64,000 nt of DNA from Antedon mediterranea (taxonomy: Eukaryota; Animalia; Echinodermata). The stretch lies in contig NC_092673.1 in the NCBI RefSeq assembly GCF_964355755.1, positions 18,287,648 through 18,351,647 on the forward strand, given 5' to 3'. The position numbers were made by a program, and so were the translations under genes. Below the pieces are notes generated by a model that saw nothing but the letters and a program-made list of their open reading frames with translations, did no database searches and had not been told where the DNA came from. How positions within the stretch are numbered: the first letter of the stretch is position 1; each line of letters starts with the position of its first letter. Below, piece by piece: positions 50,091 to 62,800 of this stretch.

Positions 50091-53000
50091 CATAAATATA
50101 AAAAAAGATATTTTAAGTTTAAACACTCAAGTCGCTAGCATTACAAAGAATCTACAATTTATTTTTAAAGAATTGTAAGGCAATTTAAAAAAATGTCCTA
50201 AATAGGATAGTTTTTGCAGTTTAATAAGCATGACAGATTTGCTCCTGTGTACTGAAATCCATTAAAGATATATTGTCACCTGGAAAATATATATATATTT
50301 TTCTTGAATATGCAATTTTAATGTCATAATAGTTATTCACTTTGACCAAAAATTGGAGCGAAAATAAAATTTTTTACCTGAAAATAATGCAAAAAATAGT
50401 CAAATTATCAGACAATGGGTTGAAACTGCAGAATTCCCTATTCAAAGTTTGATTTTATTAATCTTCATTTTTCATGTTTTTGGGGGACAATATATCCAGT
50501 ACCCTGTGGACCCCTGTTGAATAAATTTGAACCTGGTGAACTTAAGAACAACAATAATTAATGTTTAAATTTAAGCAACAACAAAATAAAGCTTATTGAC
50601 TGATGATTGACAGTTTGGATGTATTTGTCATTGTCATGATAATAAAACAATTTAAAATAAAAAAGTAAACAAAATGTTTTTATTGTTCATGTGGATTGTT
50701 ATTTTTTGTTTAATTTTGCATAAAGCATGCACACTCACAGATAGTGTATCTTAGTTTCATTATGCAAATTACGATTTTGTAGGTTAGATATTCATAATTA
50801 GGTGATACATTTGATATAAGGGCACTCTCCATACTAATTGGGAATTTAGGTGTAAGTTTCATTTTGATTGGTTCAGAAATGGTAATGGTAACATGCATAG
50901 TGAACAGGCTTGTTGTGGTTTTTGTTTATTATATATAATTTAAATTTATATAAATTATTTAATAATTAAGTTAATATAAATATCAGGATAAGGATAAAAC
51001 TGGTCAACAATTGTGGACAAATATTTCACTGTCACCTATCACCATCCTCGGCATTCTATTTCCTATGGTGACATCCAGAAGAGGATTAGTTGGAACTGGA
51101 ATTAGAATGGCGCTGTGAGAGTATCACTGAAATATTCATTAAAAAAATATCATGTTGTTTACAACAACTAACACATAAGAATAATCATTTGTGAATTTAA
51201 ATACTTGGTAATATCATGAAGGAAATAAAAAAGGATTACATTATTTTTTCCTCCATGATAGTACACAGTGTGTCTTGCTTTTGTGTGTACACTTTTATTG
51301 ACTTAACCAACTTGACTGGACAATATCCAGATGCCAATTGTGTAGTAAAATGATTTCATATGCTCTAGTTAACATGTTCTTTACAAAAGGTTGTTCTTTG
51401 TTAATATGAAGTATATAGAAACTACTTACTGTATAATAATATAAGTTGACAACTTATATTTTCTGTTATTTTCTAGTATGCAAGACTGACTCTCAAAGTC
51501 ATGTGACACACAGAACGCTGTAAACCGGGTGTTGGCACTTAGCATAACAATAAACACCTTTGACGATGGACCAGGGATTGGAGGAATATTCAGACCTACA
51601 AGGGTAATTTATGGTTACCAATACCAGCAACTCTTTATGAATTTATTGTTAGTGACTGTGAGTTATATTATTCTTGTTTTCATTTCATTACAGTAATTTA
51701 ACGTTTTAAGCTCTTTGTCATCTGAAAGTTACAAATAAACAGTACAGTTAAGCACACAAGACACATGAATTTTGCTTTATCTAATCCAGCAGACGTATTT
51801 AGTGTGAGAACATAGATTACAATTTTTTTGTGATAAACTTACAGTAAGCTCTGTCTACACTATCAAACTATTTTGACAAAAGGGTCAGGTCAGGTCATAC
51901 AGATCATCTTCAGGCAGTAACACCAGCATGCAGGTCATCTTCATTCAGTAACACCACCATACAGGTCATCTTCATTCAGTAACACCAGCATATAGGTCAT
52001 CTTCATGCAGTAACACCAGCATACAGTAATTTTCATCCAGTAACACCAGCATACAGGTCATCTTCATTCAGTAACACCAGCATAAAGGTCATCTTCATGC
52101 ATTAACACCAACATACAGGTCATCTTCATTCAGTAACACCAGCAAACAGGTCATCTTCATTCAGTAACACCAGCATACAGGTCATCTTCATGCAGTAACA
52201 CCAGCATACAGGTCATCGCCATCCAGTAACGCCAGCATACAGGTCATCTTCATGAAGTAACACCAGCATACCGGTCATCTTCATGAAGTAATACAAGCAT
52301 ACAGGTCATCTCCATCCAGTAACGCCAGCATACAGGTCAATCTTCATGCAGTAACACCAGCATACAGGTCATCTCATTCAGTAACGCCAGCATACAGGTC
52401 ATCTTCATGCAGTAACGCCACCATACAGGTCATCTTCATCCAGTAACACCAGCATACAGGTCATCTTCATTCAGTAACACCAGCATACAGGTCATCTTCA
52501 ATTAGTAACACCAGCATACAGGTCATCTTCAATTAGTAACGCCAGCATACAGGTCATCTTCATCCAGTAACACTAGCATACAGGTCATCTTCATCCAGTA
52601 ACACCAGCATACAGGTTATCTTCAGTTAGTAACGCCAGCATACAGGTCATCTTCATTCAGTAACACCAGCATACAGGTCATATTCAGTATTCAGATAATA
52701 TTTATTTAGATAATAATGAATGAATATATACAAAATAGAAAAAAGATATTAAAGTGAACATAGATAAAGCAGTAATTGGTAGTCATTATTATCATGGATC
52801 CCTTCTAGAAGTTAAAAACTTGTCTCGTAGGGACCCATAACAAAACACATTACTAAAAAAATATAAATAACCTAGAATATAATTATATAATTTAGGATAA
52901 AAAATTACAGTATAATAACATAACTAACATCTTCTTTATAAAAATTATTTAAATTATATTTCAATAGTTTCATGATAATTATAAATGAAATAACTACCGA

Positions 53001-53179
53001 TATTGGTAAATGAAAAAAAAATATGTATACATAAATTATAATTCCAGTATATATATAGTATATACTATATATACATTATATATAGTATAGATTAAAGATT
53101 GCAATAATATACAACAACTAATATTTTGTGTAAGACATAAATAGTATATGAGTATAAATAATGATAATAAGCATATTAA

Positions 53180-56100
53180 CTAAGCAGTATAATATTTAGA
53201 TATATAATGATTCTTTAACTTTTTTCGGAAAGTAAATAATGATATTGACGTTTTGATATTTGGTGGGATATGATTCCACAAATTAGGACCTGATATAGTT
53301 ATAAAAAATTTAGTTTTTGTTAGTCTAGCAAAAGGAATGTTTAAATGAGAAGTTCTTAAATTGTAATTGTGAAATTTGGTACGTTTACAGAGCATATCAA
53401 TCATAGAAATAGGAAGTTGGTTTTTAAAATAATTAAACATAAAACTGGCAACTTGAACATTGTGGATATCCGTTAATTTTAATATACCAAGACGTTTAAA
53501 AAGGGGTTCAGATGAGGTTCTATATGGTGAAAAAGTAATAATTCTAGCTGCACGTTTTTGTAATTTAGTTAATCTAGCAATATTAGAAGAGTAATCTGCA
53601 GCCCAAATAATGTTACAATACTGGAAATAAGGAAGTACAAGTGTGTTATAAAGAGAAATTAAAATATTTAGAGGGAAGAAGTGCTTAAGTCTGTTAATAA
53701 TACTAATAGATCTTGATATTTTTTTCGAAACGTAATTTTGATGACTGGTCCATTTGAGGTTTTCATGAATATATACACCTAAAAAAAGTGTTTCAGTTTT
53801 GCGTTCAATTTGAATTCCGCCAAGAAGTATATTTAGGTCATCAACTTTTAGTTTACGTTGAGAATTGTGAAAAATTAAATAATTTGTTTTAAGAGTATTA
53901 ATAAGTAATTTGTTTGAAATAAACCAGTCACAAAATTTTGTTAATTCATCATTGAATGTAGTAAATAATAAATCAATATTGGAATTAGAGTAAAATAAGG
54001 TGGTGTCGTCGGCGAAGGATATTACTTGCAATTTGTTACTGACATTAGCCAGATCATTAACATAAATAAGGAAGAGCAATGGCCCAAGCACAGATCCCTG
54101 TGGCACTCCGCAAGTAATATCCATCGTCGACGATGTACAAGATCCTAATGCAACATATTGTTTTCTATCTTTCAAATAACTATTAAACCAATTCAATGAA
54201 ATACCTCTAATTCCATAGCACTCAAGTTTTTTAATTAAATTATCGTGATTAATAACATCGAAGGCCTTTGAAAGATCAATAAATAAACTTAATAAATTTT
54301 CTTTTGATTCAAATGAATTTGTAATATTATTAATAAGATCTAAAACGGCATGGGATGTAGAGTGATTTTTTCGAAAACCATATTGGCGTTTATTAAGTAT
54401 ATCAAATTTTGTGAGATAATCAGAAAGTTTAGAATACATGAGTTTTTCAATAATTTTGGAAAACACTGAAAGTAGTGATATTGGCCGGTAATTAGATAAT
54501 TGACTTCGTTCACCTTTCTTGAAAATGGGCACAACTTTAGCTAGTTTTAAGTGTGTTGGAAAAGTGCCAGATAAAAAAGATGAATTTATACAATGGGTAA
54601 GTTGGTGGATGATTAAGGGAGATATAGATTTTAAGACACGAGCAGTAATACCGTCAGATCCAGACCCTTTATTAGAATTTAGATTGTATATAGTTAGGTT
54701 AACATCATCAATTGAAACTGGGCTAATATAAAATGAGTTGGCAAACGCAGAATGAAGATAAGATAATGGATCAGTTATATTAGTTGGCATACTATTAATA
54801 AGATTAGGACCAATTGTAGAAAAATAGTTGTTAAACGATTCACATATCTCTTTTTGAGTTTTGTAAATATTATCACCGTCTTTAATTAGATTCGGGTGCT
54901 TGTTATTATTATTACCTTTATTTAAAACAGAATTTATTACAAGCCATGTGTTCTTCAGATTACCTTTATATCTATCAAACTGGGAAGTATAATAATTCTT
55001 TTTAGCAGTGCGACAAAGATTAGTGAAAATATTATTATATTTTGTATAGTTTAATTTGTCATTATTACTACGTGTGTGCATATATTTGTTATAAAGTTTA
55101 TGTTTCCGAGAACTACATTTTAAGAGAGCAGATGACATCCATGGTTGTTTAAACGTTTTATTTGATTTTATACTACTTTTAACCAAGTGTCTGGAGTGGA
55201 TATTTGTAAATTTTTCAATAAATATATCAAAACTCAATCTTGGGTCACAATCAAATATCATAGACCAGTCTTCACCTTCTAAATCAATCGATAAGGCATT
55301 TAGGTCGTTTATACGAAATGAATAGTTGGCGCTATTATCATCAAGGTTTTGATCATTAATTTCTTGATCAATGAACTGAAATATAGGAAGGTGGTCGGAG
55401 ATATCATTAAGTAAAACACCAGCAACTATTTTATAGTTAGATTGTTTGGAATAAAAATGATCAATCAAGGTGGCCGAAGTTGAGGTAATCCTAGTTGGTT
55501 TTGAAATAGTTGGAAAAAAAGAATGGGAAATTAAGGTATTTAGGTAGGTGTTTGTTAATTTATGGTTATGGAATTTTAATAAATCAATATTGAAGTCTCC
55601 CATGAGATGACAATTTTTGTTTTCATTGTTAATTTGGGTTAATACATTATCGACGGATTTAGTAAAAGAATCTAGCCCTCCACAGGGGGCTCTGTAAATA
55701 ATGCCTATAATATCATTTTTTGTCTTTGAATTTTCAATCTCAACAAAAAGTGATTCGGAAAGGTCGTCTGGTAATTTTAAGTCATTTCGAATTGTAATGC
55801 TAATATCATTACGTATAAAAAATGCAACTCCTCCGCCAATTTGATTATTGCTTCTATTGCTTGCAAAGAAGGAGTAGTTAATGAAAGGAATAGGGGAGTT
55901 TTCATTATACCATGTTTCACTGATACCGATTATGGAAAATTTGTTATTAATTGAATTCAAAAGGCATTCGAGATCATTAACTTTATGCGTAATACTTCTA
56001 ATATTAAGATGCAGGAGAGATAGTTTAGTATTAAAGGATGTATTAAACTTAGAATTAAATTGTGAATAATCATAAAAGCTGCATTCATCTAGGGTAACTG

Positions 56101-56269
56101 ACTGTGAATTGAGATTATTAATTAGTTGATCAAAAGATTCATCATATTTGTCATTTTCATTGTAATTAACTGGATTAAAGGTTATGTTAGAAATATCATT
56201 GTTGTTAGTAAGTTCAGAGTTCACATTAAAGTCATAAAAAGGAAGTAAGTGAAGATAATTAACATTCAT
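53180..56269 (-). CDS. LINE ORF2: APE endonuclease + reverse transcriptase (1029 aa)
   Basis: HLNIRS, ISETW, MGDFN, LIDH, SDHLP; YRPISLL, DLSKAFD, GVPQGSVLGP, FADD, FLGV. Confidence 0.97.
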   Translation of the reverse strand: MNVNYLHLLPFYDFNVNSELTNNNDISNITFNPVNYNENDKYDESFDQLINNLNSQSVTLDECSFYDYSQFNSKFNTSFNTKLSLLHLNIRSITHKVNDLECLLNSINNKFSIIGISETWYNENSPIPFINYSFFASNRSNNQIGGGVAFFIRNDISITIRNDLKLPDDLSESLFVEIENSKTKNDIIGIIYRAPCGGLDSFTKSVDNVLTQINNENKNCHLMGDFNIDLLKFHNHKLTNTYLNTLISHSFFPTISKPTRITSTSATLIDHFYSKQSNYKIVAGVLLNDISDHLPIFQFIDQEINDQNLDDNSANYSFRINDLNALSIDLEGEDWSMIFDCDPRLSFDIFIEKFTNIHSRHLVKSSIKSNKTFKQPWMSSALLKCSSRKHKLYNKYMHTRSNNDKLNYTKYNNIFTNLCRTAKKNYYTSQFDRYKGNLKNTWLVINSVLNKGNNNNKHPNLIKDGDNIYKTQKEICESFNNYFSTIGPNLINSMPTNITDPLSYLHSAFANSFYISPVSIDDVNLTIYNLNSNKGSGSDGITARVLKSISPLIIHQLTHCINSSFLSGTFPTHLKLAKVVPIFKKGERSQLSNYRPISLLSVFSKIIEKLMYSKLSDYLTKFDILNKRQYGFRKNHSTSHAVLDLINNITNSFESKENLLSLFIDLSKAFDVINHDNLIKKLECYGIRGISLNWFNSYLKDRKQYVALGSCTSSTMDITCGVPQGSVLGPLLFLIYVNDLANVSNKLQVISFADDTTLFYSNSNIDLLFTTFNDELTKFCDWFISNKLLINTLKTNYLIFHNSQRKLKVDDLNILLGGIQIERKTETLFLGVYIHENLKWTSHQNYVSKKISRSISIINRLKHFFPLNILISLYNTLVLPYFQYCNIIWAADYSSNIARLTKLQKRAARIITFSPYRTSSEPLFKRLGILKLTDIHNVQVASFMFNYFKNQLPISMIDMLCKRTKFHNYNLRTSHLNIPFARLTKTKFFITISGPNLWNHIPPNIKTSISLFTFRKKLKNHYISKYYTA

Positions 56270-56464
56270 TAAAAATAGCTGCGTATACTGTAGCGTTATC
56301 TAAAAAAGAAATACAGCAATAAGCATGCATGAGACTGTATACATTAATACATAATTAATGAGAAGCAAAATAAACAATTCTTGAAATAAAAATATATTAT
56401 AGGTAATATTTCGGTTGACGGTAAGTAGAGTCAAAGTAAAGTTAAATTATTGCGACGACTAGAA

Positions 56465-57313
56465 TTACTCAGTAGCTACGGGGGCATGTGCTTCCTTGAG
56501 GTTCGGGTAGTATTTGGCAAGATGATCCATGTCGATGAATGTGCGAACATAACCATTTGCATCTATGTAACGCAATTTGTCAAGGTGGAGCCAGGCCTTT
56601 ACTTTGTTGGAATGCAGGTATTTCATCGATGAGTATAATGCCTTTCTTCTACTTATCACTCTGCTGGTAAAATCATTATTTACGTAGATGTTATTATCTT
56701 TAAATTTAGGTCTCACTTTTGGAGCTGCCTTGCGTACTCTTTCTTTAGTGGAATATCTGAGAAAGTATGCAACAAGTGGTCTCGGTTTATCCCTGGTGGT
56801 ATTACGTGGTCCAACTCGATGGGCTCGTTGTATATCATCATTAGCGATTTTGATGCCGGTGGTATTAGAAATAAATGAGGAAAGGAAATTAACAGTACCT
56901 TCACTATCCTCCGCTTGTTCGGGTATGCCAGTAAACCTCAGATTGTTACGGCGTTGACGTCCTTCTAGGTTGTCGATTTTGTCGCGTATCTCTTCTATGC
57001 ATTCCGTAGTGGATTGCTGCGTATCCTCGGCAATATCCTTCAGCTTAAAATCCATGAAATCAGAATTTTCCTGCATATCGGCGTGCAAATTCCTCAGTTC
57101 TTTTTGTAAACCGGTGATTTCAAGATTGAGGATGGTAATGTCTTTTTCCAAGGAGACAATCTTGGTGACTGCGTCGCATAATGTAGATTTAATATCAGCA
57201 ATGGTTTTGCAGCCCATGATTGACTTGATGAGAGTCGACAGCCAGGTGTTCGGTTCAGCGGCGCTAATATTTAAATTAGAAATATTTGGCTCTTTGTTTT
57301 CCACGTTGGCCAT
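56465..57313 (-). CDS. LINE ORF1: coiled coil + RRM (L1/Transposase_22-like)
   Basis: Heptad-rich N half, LEGRQRRNNLRFTGIPE, IQRAHRVG, PRPLVAYF, VNNDFT. Confidence 0.92.
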   Translation of the reverse strand: MANVENKEPNISNLNISAAEPNTWLSTLIKSIMGCKTIADIKSTLCDAVTKIVSLEKDITILNLEITGLQKELRNLHADMQENSDFMDFKLKDIAEDTQQSTTECIEEIRDKIDNLEGRQRRNNLRFTGIPEQAEDSEGTVNFLSSFISNTTGIKIANDDIQRAHRVGPRNTTRDKPRPLVAYFLRYSTKERVRKAAPKVRPKFKDNNIYVNNDFTSRVISRRKALYSSMKYLHSNKVKAWLHLDKLRYIDANGYVRTFIDMDHLAKYYPNLKEAHAPVATE

Positions 57314-59563
57314 TGTAGATGTTTAGTTAGAATAAATAACAAAAGTGTACCTATATTTAATGCAACCGATACGTTCACTATCCAGGTAGGTATACAGGTC
57401 TCATGCAGTTAGTAGCTTATCCTTGCAACATGCTATCACAGGTAAGCGAGTACTGTATCTAAAAACGTATACGTGTGAGAGCTCCGCTCAAACACGTCTG
57501 CACTCGACGAAGGACAGTCAATCAAAAAAGAATTCATTCAGTAACGCCAGCATACAGGTCATCTTCATCCAGTAACACTAGCATACAGGTCATCTTCATT
57601 CAGTAACACTGGCATACAGGTCATCTTCATGCAGTAACGCCAGCATACAGGTCATCTTCATCCAGTAACACCAGCATACAGGTCATCTTCATTCAGTAAC
57701 ACCAGCATACAGGTCATCTTCAATTAGTAACACCAGCATACAGGTCATCTTCAATTAGTAACGCCAGCATACAGGTCATCTTCATCCAGTAACACTAGCA
57801 TACAGGTCATCTTCATCCAGTAACACCAGCATACAGGTCATCTTCAGTTAGTAACGCCAGCATACAGGTCATCTTCATTCAGTAACACCAGCATACAGGT
57901 CATCTTCATTCAGTAACGCCAGCATACAGGTCATCTTCATCCAGTAACACTAGCATACAGGTCATCTTCATTCAGTAACACTGGCATACAGGTCATCTTC
58001 ATTCAGTAATGCCAGCATACAGGTAATCTTCATTCAGTAACACCAGCATACAGGTCATCTTCATGCAGTAACACCAGCATACAGGTCATCGCCATCCAGT
58101 AACGCCAGCATACAGGTCATCTTCATCCAGTAACACTAGCATACAGGTCATCTTCATTCAGTAACACTGGCATACAGGTCATCTTCATTCAGTAATGCCA
58201 GCATACAGGTAATCTTCATTCAGTAACACCAGCATACAGGTCATCTTCATGCAGTAACACCAGCATACAGGTCATCGCCATCCAGTAACGCCAGCATACA
58301 GGTCATCTTCATGAAGTAACACCAGCATACCGGTCATCTTCATGAAGTAATACAAGCATACAGGTCATCTCCATCCAGTAACGCCAGCATACAGGTCAAT
58401 CTTCATGCAGTAACACCAGCATACAGGTCATCTCATTCAGTAACGCCAGCATACAGGTCATCTTCATGCAGTAATGCCAGCATACAGGTAAACTTCATCC
58501 AGTAACACTAGCATACAGGTCATCTTCATGCAGTAACACCAGCATACACGTCATCTTCATTCAGTAACACCAGCATACAGGTCATCTTCATTCAGTAACA
58601 CCAGCATACAGGTCATCTTCATTCAGTAACACCAGCATACATGTCATCTTCATTCAGTAAAACCAGCATACACGTCATCTTCATTCAGTAACACCAGCAT
58701 ACACGTCATCTTCATTCAGTAACACCAGCATACATGTCATCTTCATTCAGTAACACCAGCATACATATGCAAGTTAATTGTCGTTGCCTTTAATGCAAAG
58801 GTATCTGTCTGATGGAATTATATTTTATACATGCTGTATGTATGGAAACACATACAGTGATGTTGAAATATAAAATGTTTCTGCTGGAGTAGCTTTCATT
58901 GTGTATACATTTTCACCAGTTTTATGTTCAACAGTCTGATGATACTGAAGTTTCCATTCCATTTGTATATCCAGTAAGCAATTGATTATTATCAGTATAT
59001 TCTTTGTACCACACAGTTACTGTGACACAAACAATTGGTATTTTTTGCATTGCATTGTTTTGAATACAACACACATATTAGGAATTAATGATGATTCGCA
59101 CTAGTTTCTTTTATTTCCTGAAAATTATTTGTAAAGCTCTGTCTACACCACCATATATGGACATGATGAGGTCATATCACTACCCTATTTGAGAACATAA
59201 CAATTTCTTTGTCAAGTTTGATATTGTAGACAGAGCTGTGGTTTGTCTAACAAAAGCTATGCATTTAATAACCTCAGGCTACAGAGTTGGAGATATGAAC
59301 ATTTAAAATCAGACAATTTGATAGCTATAAAGATGTATTATTCCCCATATAAAAATAATAATTCATTTTTTTTTTGTTGAATGCCATTTTAATGTCCCAT
59401 AATAGGTATCCACTTTGACCAAAAATTTGATTGAAAACATTTTTTTACCTGAAAAGTGATTAACTTTATTAAAACTACAAAATAACTAGCTATTCAAAGT
59501 CTGATTTAATTAATCTTCATTTTTCATGTTTTTGGGTGACAATCTTTAAACTTATATTTTAAC

Positions 59564-59656
59564 AAAATGACATTGTTGTGAGTATCAGTAGCTGTTTCTC
59601 AATGTACAAATATAATAAGCAAAAGCTAAATCAAAACGACAAAGTAAAACAGCCAG
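59564..59656 (-). repeat. Isolated fragment homologous to the Penelope tail next to the hammerhead
   Basis: Matches 45293-45387 (AAAATGAC...AAAAGCTAAATCAAAACGA.AAAGTAAA.CAGCCAG). Confidence 0.7.
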
Positions 59657-59847
59657 CATCAGAAACATCTATATTATGGTATATTACTTCAATAGGAATT
59701 TAGATAGTTAGATAGAAATACAGATAGTTTACATACCAGGAAAGATTAAATGTTTACCTTTTATATTTTCAGAAGAGAATGTGTAGGCTTTTATACTAGA
59801 GGCTATCAGCATTAATAAATGTTAAATGAAGACACTGTATTTTGAAA

Positions 59848-62800
59848 ATGGAAAGGTAGGTTTTTTAATTTTATTATTTCAAATCAAAAAGATTAACCTT
59901 CAATTAATTTATAGTTTAAATGAAAAAGAAAACACTTTAAGATATTATTTTGAGAAAAGTTACTTTTCAAATACAAACATAAATATTACAATTAAAGGGC
60001 CCATTTTCATCAAATATAATGATGATAATATTATTTTCATCAATCGTCATTTTCATAAAATAATGTAACATTTCATTATAATCTTTTATAATCATTTTAA
60101 CAGCTTTGCACAGGAATGATTTTCAAACAGTTAAACACATTTGTAGAACACAGCCAGATCTTGTGACATCTATCAATGAGGTATTAACAATATATTTTCA
60201 TAATGATTAATATTAACAAAAAGAAATTCTTTTCATTGAAATTTAAAATTGTTTACTACATTATTTAGCTGTAATTTTTGCTGCTGTTTATATAGAAAGA
60301 AAACCAATTTCACATAATGTCTGTTGTTATTTATAAACTTTATTATTTTGATTCCTTTCCAGGATGGGGACACTCCACTACATGAATATCTAAGAACAGT
60401 AAATCCTACCTTAGATATAGTGACTTGTCTTGTACAGAATGACACATCTGCAGCAACATTGCAAAATAAGGTAATCTACAGGTATTTGCTAGTGTAGTAG
60501 GCAACCATTCTCTGCAGTAAACCATTCTATTTATCAATAATGACAAATAGGATTTTTTACTACATTATTTAGCAGTACTTATTGCTGTTGTTTATATTGA
60601 CAGAAAACCAATTTCACATAATGTCTGTTATCAGTATTTATAAACTTCATGATTATGATACCTTTCCAGGATGTATATTGGAAATTGACTATACTATAGT
60701 TATGTGCTTAAACCATTTAAAACAAACTAAATTGATCAAAAAGCCAAATTCCTGGCCCCCAGCCAAAAGTAATCTTTGTTCCTCCTGTTGATTTATTTTT
60801 GGATTTGCCCCTGGGTACCCTGATTTGAGTGCCATTGTGAATTTCAACTTGTCAAAAATAGATTTAGACTTGTCAATTATAGATGAGGAAATCTCTAGAT
60901 TGATTATTATTATTATTACATTTATCTTGTTACACTCTATAACACAGGCTAACATTCTATTTACTGATGAAACATATGTGCGTTTGTTCATATAGCCTTT
61001 CACCTTGACCGTTTGACCATTCAACACATTTTCAAAATGTGTATACCAAGCAAAAAATTGACCACCCTAAACCAATTTCTGAAGTCAAATTCTCTGGACA
61101 TCAAAGTAGCTACTACAGTATCATTAATTATGACCATTTTAGATTTGTTTTCTTTTTAGTAGAACAACCTAATGGCACACATGATGTGTAATTAACCAAT
61201 CAAATCAGATACACTAGTCAGGTGTGTTATAAAACTGTATATGTAAATGTATGTGTTTTATAGGAAGGGAATACATCTGTGAATGTTTTAGAAAATAACA
61301 CGCAGATGGTTTACCAAGAAAAAAACAAGATTTTAAAGTTCTTTGACAGTAAGTGAAGTTTTCTAGTAAAGTTTTAATTAATAAACTAAAGGTCTGCCAG
61401 TTTTTAATTTTGTTCTAAAATGGGAGTGATTAAGTTAAGACAGTGGAACCGTAATCCAGTCATAATATCAACAAAGGTTCAAGGTTCACCTGCTCCATGT
61501 TTCTGGTAGAACGAGTCTTCTTGGATAAGGACTATAAACTGTAATTTCAGTTTACATAAATGCTTGTGTGCACTTTGAAGAACCTAGTACATACATTTAT
61601 AAGGATGAGTAGGGGTTACCTCAGTTTACTTGTTCACACACAGCCACTGTCTTAGAATTGGCAACAATGACTTGACATGACCCTAAGGGGAAAAGAACTA
61701 TTATGAAAGATTTATATTTATTTTTACTTTATAATTTTATATTAGAATTGTTAATCCCTGCCGAAATATATGCCAAAGGTGCAGATGCAATTAAGATATA
61801 TAAAGATGAGCTACAAAATGGTGAAATTGCAGTTGTAAATTCAAGGTGTATGTTTCTTGGAAAAGAAGGTGCAGGCAAGACTAGTTGTGTAAAGGCTATG
61901 CTTGGAGAAAGGTAACAAGTAAAATTGATATGTGTATATGTAGTAACTCTAAAGTTTTTTTTAACTAAAAAAACCCCAAAAAACCTGTGTTTATACCAAT
62001 CCCCAAACTTTGGCTATTGTTTACTTGCTTTGTCCTATTGTAAACTAAAGCCTAGTTTGGCTTAGTTCACATACTACCAGTCTATCTTGTGATGACCAGT
62101 CATCTCAGACTATGCTACTTTATATATTAGACACTGAAATATAACAAAAATATTAGGTTAATTTTGATTTCAGGTTTTTAAAATTTAATTTTTGTAATCA
62201 AAGATGTATAAATATATGGAGTTTCAATCTTGAGATTTTGCTTTTTAAAATTATTGTCAAACTTATATATTAACTATATACAACTTATAAATATTGTTCA
62301 ACTTTACTAATACATTGTTATAATAGATTCAATTCCAGAGAACCATCTACTTATGGTATCGTTACAACTACAGTGTTTCAGGCAACTAATAAGAGCAAAA
62401 GGGTGAAAGATGTAGAGGGTAAGAGTCAAAGAAATGCTATTGGAAAATATTGATTAACTTCTGTATATAACACATTAATCATTTGATAAAGTAAACATTT
62501 TACATTCAAATTGTTGCTATAAATTTAAACCTTAGTTTTGGAGTTCCATTATTAATCTTACTGTACATTGTATAACAGCAGTTGAATGACATTTTGGACA
62601 AATGCTATTAAGTACTGTAGTTAGAAATATGTAGACTCATAAATCTGCTAGTAGGCCCTGAACCTTAAAATAACAAATTTATGTCTTCCTTTAAATAACA
62701 AATTTATGTCTTCCTTTAAATAAGATTCCATAACACAATTATAGTCATAATTGGGTTTACTGAACATTAACCTCTTATTTTCAATACCTTCAACATTTAT

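Larger units (their letters stand above)
52682..57532 (-). mobile_element. Apparently full-length CR1/L2-group LINE with intact ORF1 and ORF2
   Basis: 5' UTR, ORF1, ORF2, AT-rich 3' UTR and short repeat tail; sharp boundaries against the satellite; no TSD. Confidence 0.93.
51890..58765. repeat. 31-bp satellite (CAGCATACAGGTCATCTTCATTCAGTAACAC) split by a LINE
   Basis: Arrays at 51890-52681 and 57533-58765 share higher-order variant patterns. Confidence 0.97.

Noticed and set aside
51085-51603. Possible upstream exons of the Roco gene (51477-51603 ending MDQGLEEYSDLQG) and CCAAT/octamer motifs at ~50760-50875
   Set aside because: Splice signals are plausible but the link to the Roco exons cannot be shown without transcript data.
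51890-58765. 31-bp repeats flanking a reverse transcriptase, superficially like a CRISPR or RT-associated array
   Set aside because: Head-to-tail monomers without unique spacers, no cas genes, eukaryotic context; the RT is a standard LINE that interrupts the array.
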